Shown here: piece by piece, positions 39,208 through 49,589 of the stretch | Layout of the letters: the number at the start of each line of letters is the position of its first letter | Position numbering within the stretch: the stretch's first letter is position 1 | Source of the DNA: a virus | Taxonomy: Duplodnaviria > Caudoviricetes | Length of the DNA: 64,000 nt | Virus record (IMG/VR): IMGVR_UViG_2660238657_000001 | Coordinates: 96,001 to 160,000 of that record | Direction: 5' to 3' (one strand) | Notes under the pieces: model-generated | What the model saw: only the letters and a program-made list of their open reading frames with translations | What the model was told of the DNA's origin: nothing | The model's database searches: none | Made by a program: the position numbers and the translations under genes

Positions 39208-39390
39208 GTCTAATTATTTAGACTACATATACATATAACAAAAATACCGTAGAAAGGACGAAGTTAGGTGAAAAACAAAACAACTTAGACTAAGCAATCA
39301 CATATATTGTGGTTGCTATTTTAATGAAGGAATTAGAATTAGATAAAGTCGATACTAGATTAAAATGATTAATAGAAAGGAATTGATTAA

Positions 39391-39966
39391 ATGAAAAAGT
39401 TAAATGTTAAAGAATATAATTTAGATTATATAATGGAAAATTATTTTAATACTAATAAGGGAGTAATGTTCTTATGTGATTATAAAACTGCATGGGATAT
39501 ATTAAAATACTCAGAGTATAGTAAAGATGATTTTGAGAATTATTTTAGTGTTGAATTAGATTGTGAATATCCTTATTATAGTGTTTTTAAATGTGAAGAC
39601 AGTGATTTTATTATTGAATTTTTAACTAATAAAGATGGAGAGTTGTATGATGAATACATAGCTGATAATATACTTGTTCAAGATAGTGTATTAGATGAAT
39701 ATGGCGATAATATTTTAGAAAAATGTTATGCGAATGATGCATTAAGTTTGATAGGTGATTATGAATTCGTAGATTTAGAGAATCTTAAATCATTAGAAGA
39801 AAACTATGTGGACGATTTATCAAATGAGCAATGTGATTGTTGTAAATGCTGTGATGAATGTTGCGAAGAGGAAAAAGATGAAGTGTTAGATCAGATATAC
39901 CAGCAAGGAGTAAAAGATACTTTCAAAGTAATTGGTAAATTGCTTAAACAGAGTTACATCAAGTAA
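39391..39966 (+). CDS. Acidic hypothetical protein with Cys cluster
   Basis: ORF with AAGGA RBS; CDCCKCCDECC. Confidence 0.75.
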   Translation: MKKLNVKEYNLDYIMENYFNTNKGVMFLCDYKTAWDILKYSEYSKDDFENYFSVELDCEYPYYSVFKCEDSDFIIEFLTNKDGELYDEYIADNILVQDSVLDEYGDNILEKCYANDALSLIGDYEFVDLENLKSLEENYVDDLSNEQCDCCKCCDECCEEEKDEVLDQIYQQGVKDTFKVIGKLLKQSYIK

Positions 39967-40077
39967 CTAGAGTTAAGTAAATATACTTATAATAAACATA
40001 AGTAATTATTAGTGTATATTTACACCTTTTGATATATATTGTATAATTAAGTTAAATCAAAAGGGGGGGGTAAATCA

Positions 40078-40419
40078 ATGAAAAAATTTAAGAGAAAGTA
40101 CGTATTCATTGTAGCTGTTATTTTATTAGTTTTTAATAATATTTCTTTAAGATATAAGATATATTTCATAGGGGATCAAAAAGAAAGGGAACAAATACTG
40201 AATTCAACTGTTTGGAAATTGTATAAAGATGGATATCATGAAAATGAAATAAGAAATGTTAGAGTCTATTATAATCCAATAAAAGGTGGACTTCTACCTT
40301 ATGAGGTACTAGTTGTTTTCAATAAAGATCCTTCTAAAGAATATATCTATTCTTGGACTGATGTAAATAAAAAACAAAAAAGAGTTGAATGTGTAGGAGA
40401 TGGTGCTTCAAGCTTTTAG
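40078..40419 (+). CDS. DUF3139-like membrane-anchored protein
   Basis: N-terminal TM; YEVLVVFNKDPSKEYIY; own promoter. Confidence 0.6.
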   Translation: MKKFKRKYVFIVAVILLVFNNISLRYKIYFIGDQKEREQILNSTVWKLYKDGYHENEIRNVRVYYNPIKGGLLPYEVLVVFNKDPSKEYIYSWTDVNKKQKRVECVGDGASSF

Positions 40420-40811
40420 CAAGTAGTTCTTAATAATAATTAAGACACTAGAACTAACAAGGTATTTTACACAGCATAAATGCTTATACACTGATAATAT
40501 TAGCAACGGTTAGTAGCTAATGGTTATTGTAAGTTGCTAATATTGATGAGTATATAAAATAAAAACTAAATTTTATTTACTTTGAAATTAATTAAAAAAT
40601 TAAAAGTAGGATTGATAGAAATATTGATTCTACTTTATTTATATGTTGCAATGGGTATTCGACCACCCTTTTATGATTTTGGTAATATATTTTCCAAAGG
40701 GGCTAGATTAAATTCTAGTCCTTTTTGTATACCTAATTATATTAAGTCGAATGTCAATTGGAATATATAAGAGATTATATATTACTAAAATAAAAGAAAG
40801 AGGTCGATTAC

Positions 40812-41543
40812 ATGAAAAATGAATTAAAAGTAATAAATCAAAATGGGAAGTTATTAACAGATAGTAGAGATGTGGCAAGGATGGTAGGTAAAGAACATAG
40901 CAAATTGTTAAGAGACATTAATATTTATATAGGATATTTAGCCGAAGCCAATTTTGGACTGGGCGATTTCTTTATAGAATCTAATTATAAAGATAAAAAC
41001 AATCAAGAAAGAAAATGCTATTTAGTAACTAAAGAAGGCTGTGAAATGATAGCTAATAAAATGACTGGTAAAAAAGGGGTATTATTTACTGCAACGTATG
41101 TTGATGCATTTAATAAGATGGAAGAAAGCTTAAGACAAATGACTACATATAAATTACCACGAACTTATGCAGAAGCATTGAGAGAGTTAGCTGATAAGGC
41201 TGAAGAAAATGAAAAATTAAAAGAAGAAAACTATATCATGCTACCTAAAGCTGAATTCTATGATGCTGTAACTAAAAGTGAAGATACAATAGATATGGGT
41301 GAATGTGCAAAAGTTTTAAATATGGGCATAGGTAGAAATAATTTATTCAAATTTCTTAGAGAACATGATGTATTAATGAGTAATAATACACCATATCAAA
41401 AATTTGTAGATAGTAAATATTTTAAAATTATAGAAAAAGAATTTGAGAAACCTAACGGTGAAATTAAAATAAATGTTAAAACTGTAGTATATCAAAAAGG
41501 ACTAGATTATATAAGAAAACTATTAAAGAAATATTACATATAA
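40812..41543 (+). CDS. Rha + ANT/KilAC antirepressor
   Basis: DSRDVARMVGKEH; PKAEFYD..GRNNLFKFLR..YQKGLDYI. Confidence 0.9.
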   Translation: MKNELKVINQNGKLLTDSRDVARMVGKEHSKLLRDINIYIGYLAEANFGLGDFFIESNYKDKNNQERKCYLVTKEGCEMIANKMTGKKGVLFTATYVDAFNKMEESLRQMTTYKLPRTYAEALRELADKAEENEKLKEENYIMLPKAEFYDAVTKSEDTIDMGECAKVLNMGIGRNNLFKFLREHDVLMSNNTPYQKFVDSKYFKIIEKEFEKPNGEIKINVKTVVYQKGLDYIRKLLKKYYI

Positions 41544-41826
41544 ATAAATTAAAATAGAATTTAAATATTATACATATAGTTAGATAAGGCGTATCTTATA
41601 GGTACGTCTAATTGTGATTATATAAATAAATTAAAATATTTGACGTGATAAAATAATTATGGTAATATTTATGTAGAGGATATATATGGATTAGCTACCC
41701 GTATTAATAAGTACAGACTCCGAATGTACTTCCTCTATTTTACTATATACAATCGGAGATAATAAAAATAAATCAAAATAATTAAATGAGAATTTGTTTA
41801 ATTGCATCTATACGGAGGTAGATAAA

Positions 41827-42879
41827 ATGTTAATAAGCAAAGAAGTTGAAATATTGGTAAGTGGTCAAAATAAAAGACACTATGAAAATTTAGGGTATGA
41901 AATCCCTAAATATAAAGATGACCATTATAGATGGGCTGTTAAAAAGGGGACAAGGATTATAGTAAAAGTGGAAGATTTGCCTAAAGGATCACAAACAAAA
42001 ATACAAGTAAAATGTGATTATTGTGGGAAAATATTCGAAAAATCTTACGACAAATACATAAAACAACGTAATAGCATTAAAACAGATGCGTGTTATAATT
42101 GCAGACATGAGAAAAATAAAGATGTATTTAAAGAAAAATATGGATTAAGTTGGAATAGTCAATTACAATCAGTAAGAAACAAAATTTCTGAAGCTAATCA
42201 ACTAGATTCTGAAATAGTAATCAGAGCATTTAAAGATAGAGGATTAACTATTGTAGAAAACCCATTTATATATAAAAATTCACATCAAAGAATTCATTTT
42301 ATATGTAATAAACATCCACAAGAAGGTGTTCAAACTACATACTATGATATATTGCATCAAGGAGGAAGTGGATGCAAGAAATGTAGATATGATAAAATCA
42401 GTGGTGAAAACTGTTATATGTGGAAGGGTGGTATTTCTCCAATACATACATTTTTAAGAGATAAGATAAGAAAGTGGAAACAAGATAGCATGATAAAATC
42501 AAAATATAAATGTTGTATTACTGGTACAGAATTCCATGTAATTCATCATGTTTATGGATTTAATCAAATTATACAAGAAACAATGAAAATATTACAATTA
42601 CCTATAAAACAAAATATTAATGAATATACTGAATATGAATTAAAACAAATGGAAAGTAAGTGTTTAGAATTACATTATAAATATGGTTTAGGGATATGCT
42701 TAAACGAAGATATTCATAGACTATATCATGGACAGTATTATCGACAAAATGCTAGTTATGAAGATTTTGAAGAATTTAAACAAAGATACTATAAAGGTGA
42801 ATTTGATAATAAATTAAAAGAGGAATTAAAATCCTACAATTCAATGGAAAGAGTAAGAAATATGAAGGAAGCTATTTAA
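41827..42879 (+). CDS. Free-standing HNH-type homing endonuclease-like protein
   Basis: CDYCG, GCKKC, WKGG, CCITG..IHH..H..YH motifs; ATG at 41827 after GGAGG. Confidence 0.7.
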   Translation: MLISKEVEILVSGQNKRHYENLGYEIPKYKDDHYRWAVKKGTRIIVKVEDLPKGSQTKIQVKCDYCGKIFEKSYDKYIKQRNSIKTDACYNCRHEKNKDVFKEKYGLSWNSQLQSVRNKISEANQLDSEIVIRAFKDRGLTIVENPFIYKNSHQRIHFICNKHPQEGVQTTYYDILHQGGSGCKKCRYDKISGENCYMWKGGISPIHTFLRDKIRKWKQDSMIKSKYKCCITGTEFHVIHHVYGFNQIIQETMKILQLPIKQNINEYTEYELKQMESKCLELHYKYGLGICLNEDIHRLYHGQYYRQNASYEDFEEFKQRYYKGEFDNKLKEELKSYNSMERVRNMKEAI

Positions 42880-42937
42880 ATGTAGCTTCCTTTTATTATG
42901 CAAAATTTAAGGAAGGAGTAAAAAGGAAGTGATGTAA

Positions 42938-43864
42938 ATGGTAGCCAAAAAATCAGATAAGAATAAACCAAGTGATACAAAGATATGTTTTTGTTGTGGG
43001 AAAGAAAAGAAAAATATAGCGAATAATTTTTATCAAAATGACATTGAGTACATACATAATCATTTTAGTATATGTAAAAATTGTGTGAAAAAGATTATCG
43101 ACTATAAAGAAATGACATCTGTATTTTTTATACTTCATATCTTAGATAAGCCTTTTATACAAAGCGTATGGAATGATATTGCAAAAACAGATGAATCACC
43201 TTGGGGTGCGTATATTACACAAATAAGTTCATTACCTCAATATAAAGAATTTAAATATAGAAACAGCCAATTTGATGAGTGTAATATAAGTAAAATTAAA
43301 AGTAATAATAACGAAGAACATCATGAAGTAACTAAGCTGAATGACAATGACAAAAGACAGTATGAGAGATTTTGGGGTCGTGGACTAGAAAATCAAGATT
43401 ATATATGGCTTCAAGAAGAATTTGAAGATTTTATAACTAGATATGAATGTGATTCTAAAGGAATGGAACTGTTAATAAAACAAATATGCCTACAAGAATT
43501 GGATATAGAAAAAAGAAGAGCAAATGAAGAAAAGGTAGATCAGCAATTAAAAACATTACAAGATTTATTAGGTTCTAGCAATCTTAAACCTGTTCAAGAA
43601 ACAGGTGCTAACGCAGTTGACCAAAATACCTTCGGTACGCTAGTGAAAAAATGGGAAAATGAAAAACCGATACCTGAAGCTATGGAAGAATGGAAAAAAG
43701 CCGATTGGATAAAAAAATATGTATTGGTATGGTTTTTAGGTCATTTATGTAAAATGATGGGTGTAGATAATGATTATTCAAGATTATACGAAGAGGAAGT
43801 TAATAACTACACAGTTGATAATCCTATCAATGACTATCCTGAAGAGGAAAACATAGATGATTAA
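42938..43864 (+). CDS. Probable terminase small subunit (SPbeta YonG-like)
   Basis: CxCC/CKNC Zn motif; overlaps large terminase start. Confidence 0.6.
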   Translation: MVAKKSDKNKPSDTKICFCCGKEKKNIANNFYQNDIEYIHNHFSICKNCVKKIIDYKEMTSVFFILHILDKPFIQSVWNDIAKTDESPWGAYITQISSLPQYKEFKYRNSQFDECNISKIKSNNNEEHHEVTKLNDNDKRQYERFWGRGLENQDYIWLQEEFEDFITRYECDSKGMELLIKQICLQELDIEKRRANEEKVDQQLKTLQDLLGSSNLKPVQETGANAVDQNTFGTLVKKWENEKPIPEAMEEWKKADWIKKYVLVWFLGHLCKMMGVDNDYSRLYEEEVNNYTVDNPINDYPEEENIDD

Positions 43865-45942
43865 CTTTAAAGTAGATAGAAATAATAGAAAAAATAACGC
43901 TGATATATTTACTAAGAACCGAAATTTCAATAAAGAAAGTGATAATGTAGCTAAATCTAAAAAACTAATGAATGGAATTGCACTATGGTGTAGTTATTAT
44001 AGGTTATTTCCTCATATTTTTGTTGAAGATTATTTAGGAATAGGGTTAAAAACATTTCAAAAGATTTTAATATATTTTATGATGCATTTCAATTACTTTA
44101 TGTATTTAGCCTCGAGGGGACAGGGAAAGACATTTTTAACAGCTATATTTTGTTGTGTAAGATGTATTCTTTTCCCAGAAAGTAAGGTAATAGTCTCAAG
44201 TGGTCAAAAGTCCCAAGCTAGAGAGGTTATAGAGAAAATAGATGATTTACGAAAAACATCTCCTAATTTAGAAAGAGAAATAAGTTATTTAACTACAAAT
44301 AGTAACGATGCCAGAGTTGAGTTTCACAATGGTAGTTGGATTAAAATAGTGGCAAGTAATGATGGAGCTAGAAGTAAAAGGAGTAATGTTCTTATAGTGG
44401 ATGAATTTCGTATGGTCGATTTAGATATTTTAAACAAAGTATTGCGTAAACGAAGAAAATTTGCGTAATTAAAACTCTGTGAACTGTGAAGACAAAACAG
44501 GTGTGGTATTTTAAATACTGCTAACGGTGAAGGCTAAGTCGCAAGATATGTTAATACCGTGCCAAGATTTATATATAAGTATATTAAATAAGGTGTAGAG
44601 ACTATCGAAACGATAACTTGAAATAAAATTCAAGTGAATAACGGAGTAGAGTACAATGGAGTTAATCACCATTGGAAGTGCAGAGAGAATTATATAATAA
44701 ATTATTTAGTATATAATTTTATGATATAGTCCATACCACATGAAAATGTGGAATAATATGAAATTTCAAACAGCCCCTCGTCAACCAAAATATTTAAGCA
44801 AACCTGAATATGCTCATTTAAAAGAAAGAAATAAAGAATTGTATTTGTCATCTTGTTGGTACAAATCTCATTGGTCATGGCTAAAAGTTAAAGCTTTTTT
44901 TAAGGCTATGACACAAGGTAAAAAATATTTTCTTTGTGGATTGCCTTATCAATTAGCCATAAGTGAAAATTTATTAGATGTAGAACAAGTGCAAGACGAA
45001 ATGTCAGAAGATGACTTTGATCCATTAGGCTTTTCAATGGAAATGGAATGTTTATTCTTTGGAGAATCTCAGAAAGCATATTTCAAATTAGATGATTTAA
45101 ATGATAACAGAGTAATTCCAGAGCCGTTATACCCTAAACCTTTTTATAATATGATAAAAGATAATAGAATAAAATATAAATCTAAAAAGAAGAATGAAAT
45201 TAGAGTGCTATCTTGTGATATCGCAACTATGTCAGGAAAAGAAAATGATGCTTCTGCTTATACTGTATTGCGACTCATAAAAGAAAAAGATCATTATGTA
45301 AGACATGTAGTTTATTTAGAAAGCTTAGTAGGTGGACATACTGTTAGTCAAGCTATTAGAATAAGACAATTATTCGATGATTTTGATTGTGATTATATAG
45401 TTTTAGACACAATGGGAGTTGGATTAGGCGTATATGACCAACTGTGTGTTTCGTTATATGATAAAGAAAGAAAAAAAGAATATGAACCTTTTTCATGTAT
45501 GAATGATGAAAAAATGGCTGAAAGATGTATGACAGATGATGCGCCTAAAAAGATATTTAGTGTTAAAGGTAATCAGAATTTTAATAGTGAATGTGCTATT
45601 TTACTGAAAGATATATTAAAACGAAGAAAAATGAAATTGCTAATACATGAAAATGATGGAAGGCAATTATTAAAGGGTTTAAAAGGATTTAATAATTTAT
45701 CAATTGAAGAACAGGTAAAGTTAGAACTTCCGTATAAACAAATAACATTATTAGTTAATGAAGTAATTAACTTATCCAATGAAGGTAAAAATGGATTAAT
45801 AAAATTAGTAGAACCTAGAGGACAAAGAAAGGATAGGTATAGTTCATTAACTTATGCTAACTATTTTGCTAACGTATTAGAAAAGGATTTGCAAAAACAA
45901 CAAAAAGATAATGATGTTATAAAATATTGTTTCTTTTCATAA
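43857..45942 (+). CDS. terL: Terminase large subunit, join(43857..44447,44761..45942), ~590 aa
   Basis: SRGQGKT Walker A, IVDE Walker B, nuclease SCDIA..D..KDRYS; spliced junction [12 protein letters not shown]. Confidence 0.9.
44448..44760 (+). ncRNA. Group I self-splicing intron (313 nt, no ORF)
   Basis: Exon ends in U, intron ends in G; IGS AAATTTGCGTAA pairs with both exons; P7 GACTA/TAGTC; removal restores frame. Confidence 0.92.
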
Positions 45943-45969
45943 CTAAAAATAAATTTAAAAAGAAAGTAG

Positions 45970-48900
45970 GTGATTACTATTACATATCAAAAATCACTTG
46001 AAGAACTAGAACAAGAAAAAAAACAAGCAGAAAAACAGCAACTTATAAATTTTGCTAGTAATAGTGTGTCAAATAATCCCACTTCAAATTCTAGCAAATA
46101 TAAAAGTTCAAAAATGAATATAACAAAAGTTTATAAATTGTTAGAAGATCCTATCAAAAATTATAAATTACTTCAATCTTGTTCTTTAAGTCTAATGGCT
46201 AAACAGGGTATATATTTTAGATTAATAAAATATTGGTCAAGTTGTTTAACATACGACCATTTAATATATCCTGCTATGTCATTATCAAAGGTAGATAAAA
46301 AAGAAATAGTACAAGAATCATATGAAAAATGTGCTTTATATTTAGATAAAATGAATTTAAAATTCTATTTACCATATTTTGCAGAAGAAATGTTCAAATG
46401 TGGCGAAGGCTTCTTTTATAAGTTAGAAGATGATAGCTCCATAGTATTTAAACAAATACCAAATTCGTACTGTAGAATTTCTACTAATGAAGATAATGTT
46501 TTTAGATATGAAGTAAATTTAGATGAATTCGATGATAATACGATATTAGATTATCCAATTGAATTCCAAACTAAGTACAATAAGTATAAAAGTTCTACCA
46601 ATAAAAAAAGTAAAGTCAAAAAGAAGACTAGAAATAAAAGCAACAATTCTGTTGAAATGAATAATTGGGTTCAAATAAGTGATAAAGGAGTAGCTTTCCC
46701 TACACTATTAAATTCAAGTCATAGTTATCCTCCATTTTGTTTCTTATTCCCAGATGTAATAGAAATAGATAATGTAAAAGGATTAAAAAAAGACGTAGAT
46801 AGATTAGATAATTCTAAAATTATACATAATGAAATAGCAATCAATAAAGATACTGGTAAACCGATTATGGATTTAGATTTAGCTGAAGCTTATAACAAAG
46901 CTATTCAAAAGAATTTGCCCGAAGGTATTAAAAGTATCACTAATCCATTTAAAACAGAAACTATAAACTTAAACAATGCAGGGAACGCTCAAAAGAATAA
47001 TATAATAAATGATTCAACTGATGAAGTTTATAAAAATTCAGGAGTTTCAGATTTATTGTTCGCTAATAAGAAAGCATCAAGTGAGGCTTTAAAATTATCG
47101 GTGTTAGCAGATACTCAAATATTATTTAGCATCATACTACCGTTATTTGTAAATTACATAAACTATGAACTAAAAGAAGTAAATCCACAGTTTGTATGGA
47201 AAGTAAAAATGTTAAATACAAGTTATTTTAATGCCGATGATAAATTTAAAATCGCAAAAGATTCGTTAGCTTATGGAGGTTCTCGTATGGAATTCTTTGC
47301 GTTAAAGGGATTTAGTCCATTAGAAACGGTAAATATATTAAAAGCCGAACAGACAATAGGATTAGATGACTTATTAATACCTGCAAAAACGTCCCACACG
47401 TTATCTGATAAGGATAGAGGTAACTAACAGTTACAAATAAGTTATAATAAGTTATAATTTAGAAAATTGTTGACAGCCTCCCATATTCATAAAGAGTATG
47501 GAGTGATGTATGTATACATCCAAAATCCCTTTAACTGCTGGAAACTCCTAAAGCTATACTAACTACAACATAAGAATGAAATAAGTCTAAGTGTGAAAGT
47601 TACGAAAGTAGAAAAAATAGTATAGATGGCATAAGGTTAAATCCTAAGTGTTATAATAATGGACAATCAGCAACCAAGTTCCGAATAGGAAAAGGCTCAA
47701 CGACTAGAGAATATTCTCGTACACTCAAGTGAGTGGAAATGGGGGACACCGATTAAGGTGGTGATATAGTCTGCGCTTATATGAAAGTATAAGAAGTTCA
47801 TAAGAGAACTGCATAAATGGTAACGTATTTATGTGAATATGCATAAAACTTATAAGAAGTTATAAATATATAAAGTTAAAAAACACTCAATTAAGAGTGT
47901 TTAGACATAAAATCTTTTAAAATTGTAATTACTAAGTTATTGAAAGAACGGTTTTGTTCTTTTGCAACTTGTTCTAGTTGTTTTTTTAAATCTTTTTCAA
48001 TAGTTATTTGAGTTCTAGTCTTATCGTTACTAATAGTCAATATAAATCACCTCAATATTATTATGTTTCATAATAGCATATAAGATTGCAGTTGACAAGG
48101 TGTTAACACCATGTTATCATAAGAATATAGCGAGTGAGGTGATAAAAATGATAAAGGCAGTGAAAATTAGATTATTTCCAACCAAAGAACAAGAAGTATT
48201 GATGTTTAAATCCTGTGGTGTTGCTAGATTTACTTATAATTGGGGACTTAATAGATGGAATGAAATTTATAAAAGTGGTGAAAAGCCTAATAAAATTAAA
48301 GTCAGAACCGAGTTTAATAATACTTTAAAAAAAGATGACAATTATAAATGGTTAAAAGAAGTAAGTGGTCAAGTAACAGCAAAATCCTTTGACGATTTAA
48401 AAGATGGATTTGATAGATTTTTTAAAGGATTATCAGGATATCCTAAATTTAAGACTAAAAAGAAATCTAAAAAATCTTTTTATGTTAGATATGATTCTAT
48501 CAAATTTAAAGATCATAAAGTTAATTTTGAGAAAATAGGTAAGGTCAAATATAATACCAATTACAAAATACCTAATTTATCAAAATACAACAATCCAAGA
48601 TGTCATTTTGACGGGAAGTATTGGTATTTAACATTAGGATTTGAACATTACGAAAATCAAGTTAAATTAAATAAGGATTTAAGTATTGGTATAGATTTAG
48701 GAGTTAAAGATTTGGCTGTTGTTAACTGCTTAGATAAACCTATAAAAAACATTAATAAATCTGTTAAAGTTAGAAAATTAAAAAAGAGATTAAAAAGACT
48801 ACAAAGACAAGTTTCAAGAAAGTATTTAATGAATAAGCAAAATAACAAATTTATTAAAACTAATAATATTATTAAATTAGAACATGAAATAAGACTTATT

Positions 48901-49539
48901 TATAGAAAACTTAATAATATTAGAAATAACCACATACATCAAACTACAAATAAAATAATAAAATTAAAGCCATACAGAGTGGTAATGGAAGACTTAAATG
49001 TTCAAGGTATGCTTAAAAATAAACATCTATCAAAAGCAATACAAGAACAATGTTTTTATGAATTTATAAGACAAATGAAATATAAATGTGAATGGAATAG
49101 CATTAAATTCATACAAGTTGATAGATTTTATCCTAGCAGTAAAACTTGTTCATGTTGTGGGAATATCAAAAAAGATTTAAAACTATCAGATAGAGTTTAC
49201 AAGTGTTATAAATGTGGTTTAGCTATTGATAGAGATAAAAATGCAAGTATTAATCTTAGTAATTATAAAATAGCATAATTGGTATAGAGAAATTATGCTA
49301 TGTGTACCGTGCGTTGTACGGGAATTTAAGTCCTTGGAGAGTTATACCAAACTAGAGTAGAATAAGGAATTATTCAAAATAGAACTTTAAGAAGAGGAAA
49401 GTTGTTTAGTAATGAACAACACATATAGAATTTATATATTTATAATTTTTTATAAGTTTTATGCAACGGTAGACCAAAAGCAGAAGATAGTGATAATGGC
49501 ATAAATGATAATACCGAGCAATGGAGAGATAATCAATAA
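45970..49539 (+). CDS. Portal protein, join(45970..47420,49470..49539), interrupted by IStron
   Basis: Follows terminase; scarless join gives ...DRGRPKAEDSDNGINDNTEQWRDNQ*. Confidence 0.8.
47421..47880 (+). ncRNA. Group I ribozyme core of the IStron
   Basis: P1 GAGGT/GCCTC; conserved P, Q, R, S elements. Confidence 0.85.
47891..48040 (-). CDS. 49-aa Arc/ribbon-helix-helix protein inside IStron
   Basis: TRTQITIEKDLKKQLEQVAKEQNRSFNNLV; GAGGTG RBS, TTG start. Confidence 0.8.
   Translation of the reverse strand: MTISNDKTRTQITIEKDLKKQLEQVAKEQNRSFNNLVITILKDFMSKHS
48092..48120 (+). promoter_or_regulatory. tnpB promoter with palindromic operator
   Basis: TTGACA-N17-TATCAT containing GGTGTTAACACC. 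Confidence 0.7.
48148..49278 (+). CDS. tnpB: TnpB RNA-guided endonuclease (intact motifs)
   Basis: GIDLG, MEDL, CSCCG/CYKCG Zn finger, DRDKNASIN. Confidence 0.95.
   Translation: MIKAVKIRLFPTKEQEVLMFKSCGVARFTYNWGLNRWNEIYKSGEKPNKIKVRTEFNNTLKKDDNYKWLKEVSGQVTAKSFDDLKDGFDRFFKGLSGYPKFKTKKKSKKSFYVRYDSIKFKDHKVNFEKIGKVKYNTNYKIPNLSKYNNPRCHFDGKYWYLTLGFEHYENQVKLNKDLSIGIDLGVKDLAVVNCLDKPIKNINKSVKVRKLKKRLKRLQRQVSRKYLMNKQNNKFIKTNNIIKLEHEIRLIYRKLNNIRNNHIHQTTNKIIKLKPYRVVMEDLNVQGMLKNKHLSKAIQEQCFYEFIRQMKYKCEWNSIKFIQVDRFYPSSKTCSCCGNIKKDLKLSDRVYKCYKCGLAIDRDKNASINLSNYKIA
49279..49486 (+). ncRNA. Putative omega-RNA scaffold plus guide (guide starts 49470)
   Basis: Structured right end between tnpB stop and element end; expected from TnpB biology. 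Confidence 0.6.
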
Positions 49540-49589
49540 TATAATTTAAAATATATTATTTCAGATTTGAAAGGAGGTGAGGATATAGA

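Larger units (their letters stand above)
47421..49469 (+). mobile_element. IS607-type IStron (group I ribozyme + RHH gene + tnpB, no tnpA)
   Basis: GG core at both junctions, AAGTTATAAT end repeats, ribozyme core (CTGCTGGAAA, AATCAGCA, CGACTA/TAGTC), right end GCAACGG. Confidence 0.88.

Noticed and set aside
40582-40770. 62-aa ORF in the track
   Set aside because: No RBS; overlaps hairpins of the Rha-ANT leader
44740-44760. MKMWNNM start of the 400-aa terminase ORF
   Set aside because: These codons are the 3' end of the group I intron; the exon starts at 44761
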